Source: Octopus sinensis
Taxonomy: Eukaryota
DNA length: 64,000 nucleotides
Assembly: GCF_006345805.1 (NCBI RefSeq)
Contig: NC_043023.1
Coordinates: 19,158,001 to 19,222,000 of the forward strand
Direction: 5' to 3'
A program made the position numbers and the translations under genes. Shown here one piece after another: positions 61,993 through 64,000 of this stretch. Below the pieces are notes generated by a model that had not been told where the DNA came from, did not search any database, and saw only the letters and a list, made by a program, of their open reading frames with translations. Every line of letters starts with the position of its first letter. Position 1 is the first letter of the stretch.

Positions 61993-62036
61993 CCTGGTCT
62001 GATGATGAGCAATAGACTCAGAAACATATGTCTTCA
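61993..62036 (+). ncRNA. Minimal type I hammerhead, core intact, stem I partly lost
   Basis: CCUGGU CUGAUGA UGAG-caauaga-CUCA GAAAC AUAU GUC UUCA; same family as 31320-31365. Confidence 0.72.
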
Positions 62037-62042
62037 ATATTA

Positions 62043-62441
62043 GGCGCAGGAGTGGCTGTGTGGTAAGTAGCTTGCTTACCATCCACATGGTTCAGGGTTC
62101 AGTCCCACTGCGTGGCACCTTGGGCAAGTGTCTTCTACTATAGCCTCGGGCCGACCAAAGCCTTGTGAGTGGATTTAGTAGGCGGAAACTGAAAAGAAGC
62201 CCATCGTATATATATATATGTGTGTATGTGTGTGTGTTTGTGTGTCTGTGTTTGTCCCCCTAGCATTGCTTGACGACCGATGCTGGTGTGTTTATGTCAC
62301 CCGTCACTTAGCGGTTTGGCAAAAAGAGTCCGATAGAATAAGTACTGGGCTTACAAAAGAATAAGTCCCGGGGTCGAGTTGCTCGATTAAAGGTGGTGCT
62401 CCAGCATGGCCGCAGTCAAATGACTGAAACAAGTAAAAGAG
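62043..62441 (+). mobile_element. SINE family A, full copy
   Basis: Head to tail; begins 7 nt after a hammerhead motif. Confidence 0.88.
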
Positions 62442-62743
62442 AGAGAGAGAGAAAGAGAGTAATATTAGTCTTGTTAATACAGATCACCCTTCTTTGATCC
62501 TGTTTTATCTCACACATCGTCCCATTTAATCCTTTCCACTAAGGAAGCCACTCTTCTATCAGCCGAAATTGCGAGGATGATCCGGTTCTTGACTGAGGAT
62601 AGAAAGCTGTAGGAAAATATGTTTTTTTGCGGGGTCTGAAGGCAGCAAATGGCAGGTCCACCCCGGGTGGCACACACTGTAGCTACCCAGTGCCTCGTCC
62701 ATACATCCAGACACATCAATGAATGGTGTTATGGTACTCTGAG

Positions 62744-63123
62744 AGGAGGCGCAATGGCCCAGTGGTTAGGGCAGCGGACTCGCAGTCATAGGATCGCGGT
62801 TTCGATTCCCAGACCGGGCGTTGTGAGTGTTTATTGAGCGAAAACACCTAAAGCTCCACGAGGCTCCGGCAGGGGATGGTGGTGATCCCTGCTGTACTCT
62901 TTCGCCACAACTTTCTCTCACTCTTACTTCCTGTTTCTGTTGTACCTGTACTTCAAAGGGCCGGCCTTGTCACTCTCTGTGTCACGCTGAATATCCCCGA
63001 GAACTACGTTAAGGGTGCACGTGTCTGTGGAGTGCTCAGCCACTTACACGTTAATTTCACGAGCAGGCTGTTCCGTTGATTCGGATCAACCGGAACCCTC
63101 GTCGTCGTAACCGACGGAGTGCT
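62744..63123 (+). mobile_element. SINE family B head with a third body (shared with family C)
   Basis: ggaggcgcaatggcccagtggttagg head then ccttgtcactctctgtgtcacgctgaat...ttaatttcacgagcagg. Confidence 0.75.
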
Positions 63124-63164
63124 AAAGGAAGGTACTCTGAGAGTTCACCTGTGAAACAACTTAC

Positions 63165-63331
63165 CTGAGCAAGCAGCAGATGCGTCTTCGTAATGTCCAC
63201 AATCCGTCCTTCCCCAACCGTTATGGATACAGCGGAATAAAGAACTCTCGGTGCCAACACAGTGGATATTGTCCATCCAAATGTGACCATTCCCCTCACC
63301 GAAACGAGCAAATTGGTAAGCTTCTCCATGA
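63165..63331 (-). CDS. Multi-SRCR gene exon W1 (second half of SRCR 1; upstream exons outside window)
   Basis: tttcag|T...CAG|gtaa; 167 nt, phase 2-1; HGEAYQFARFGEGNGHIWMDNIHCVGTESSLFRCIHNGWGRTDCGHYEDASAACS. Confidence 0.93.
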
Positions 63332-63481
63332 CTGAAAGATAAAGAAAATAAGTAAACCGTTTTAGTAATTGTATCACTTATTGTCTTCCATAAGCAATAT
63401 TTTAATCGTGACTAGGCATTTTTGTGAATATCTACTGAGGTGATGTAAGAAAGATAAATAATTACAATATCTGCTGATCTG

Positions 63482-63492
63482 GTAGACAGACA

Positions 63493-63529
<37 letters not shown>

Positions 63530-63722
63530 AGAGACAGACAGGCAGGCAGGCAGGCAGACAGACAGACAGATAGATAGACAGGCAGACAGACAGACAGATA
63601 GAGAGACAGATAGATAGATAGGTAGATAGAGAGATAGATAAGTATATAGATATATAGATAGATAGATAGATAGATAGATAGACAGAGAGAGAGACAGATA
63701 GATAGACAGAGAGAGAGACAGA

Positions 63723-63754
<32 letters not shown>

Positions 63755-63763
63755 GAGAGAGAC

Positions 63764-63794
<31 letters not shown>

Positions 63795-63803
63795 GAGAGA
63801 GAC

Positions 63804-63834
<31 letters not shown>

Positions 63835-63867
63835 GAGACAGACAGATAGATAGATAGACAGACAGAC

Positions 63868-63898
<31 letters not shown>

Positions 63899-64000
63899 TA
63901 GAGAGACAGATAGATAGAGAGATAGATAAACAGACAGAGAGAGAGAGACAGATAGATAGATAGACAGACAGACAGAGAGAGAGACAGATAGATAGATAGA
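63482..64000. repeat. (GGCA)/(GACA)/(GATA)n microsatellite
   Basis: Direct inspection. Confidence 0.95.

Noticed and set aside
5180-62441. tRNA genes at A/B-box motifs
   Set aside because: They are SINE heads continuing into repeated bodies; no complete cloverleaf seen.
21747-63331. Gene symbol DMBT1
   Set aside because: DMBT1 has eight-Cys group B domains plus CUB and ZP domains; these are six-Cys group A domains and orthology cannot be shown from the window.
63057-63377. 106-aa track ORF as a gene
   Set aside because: Wrong frame; the real exon is the SRCR half-domain 63165-63331 in another frame.

Overview
AT-rich, repeat-saturated animal genomic DNA; the SINE families look like octopus (inference, not checked by search). 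One gene can be rebuilt by hand: 19 minus-strand exons (63331 to 21747), all GT-AG and phase-compatible. They encode the C-terminal ~806 aa of a multi-SRCR protein: 6.5 six-cysteine (group A) SRCR domains, each split over two exons and separated by Pro/Thr/Ser-rich linker exons. Its 5' end lies beyond the right edge. The rest is mobile DNA: a nearly intact RTE LINE (8779-12282, one homopolymer frameshift), fragments of CR1/L2, Tx1, R4/Dong-like, Hero-like, RTE and Penelope-like retroelements, mariner, piggyBac-type, hAT-like and Helitron-like non-autonomous elements, dozens of tRNA-derived SINEs, minisatellites and microsatellites. The most striking unexplained structure is about 15 hammerhead-ribozyme motifs from several unrelated families. 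They sit in short elements in (TA)n tracts, often as fold-backs, and include intact copies, a candidate U3-A8 compensated core and a recurrent A6U core. All structures were folded by eye; repeat boundaries are approximate, exon and ribozyme coordinates were counted base by base.
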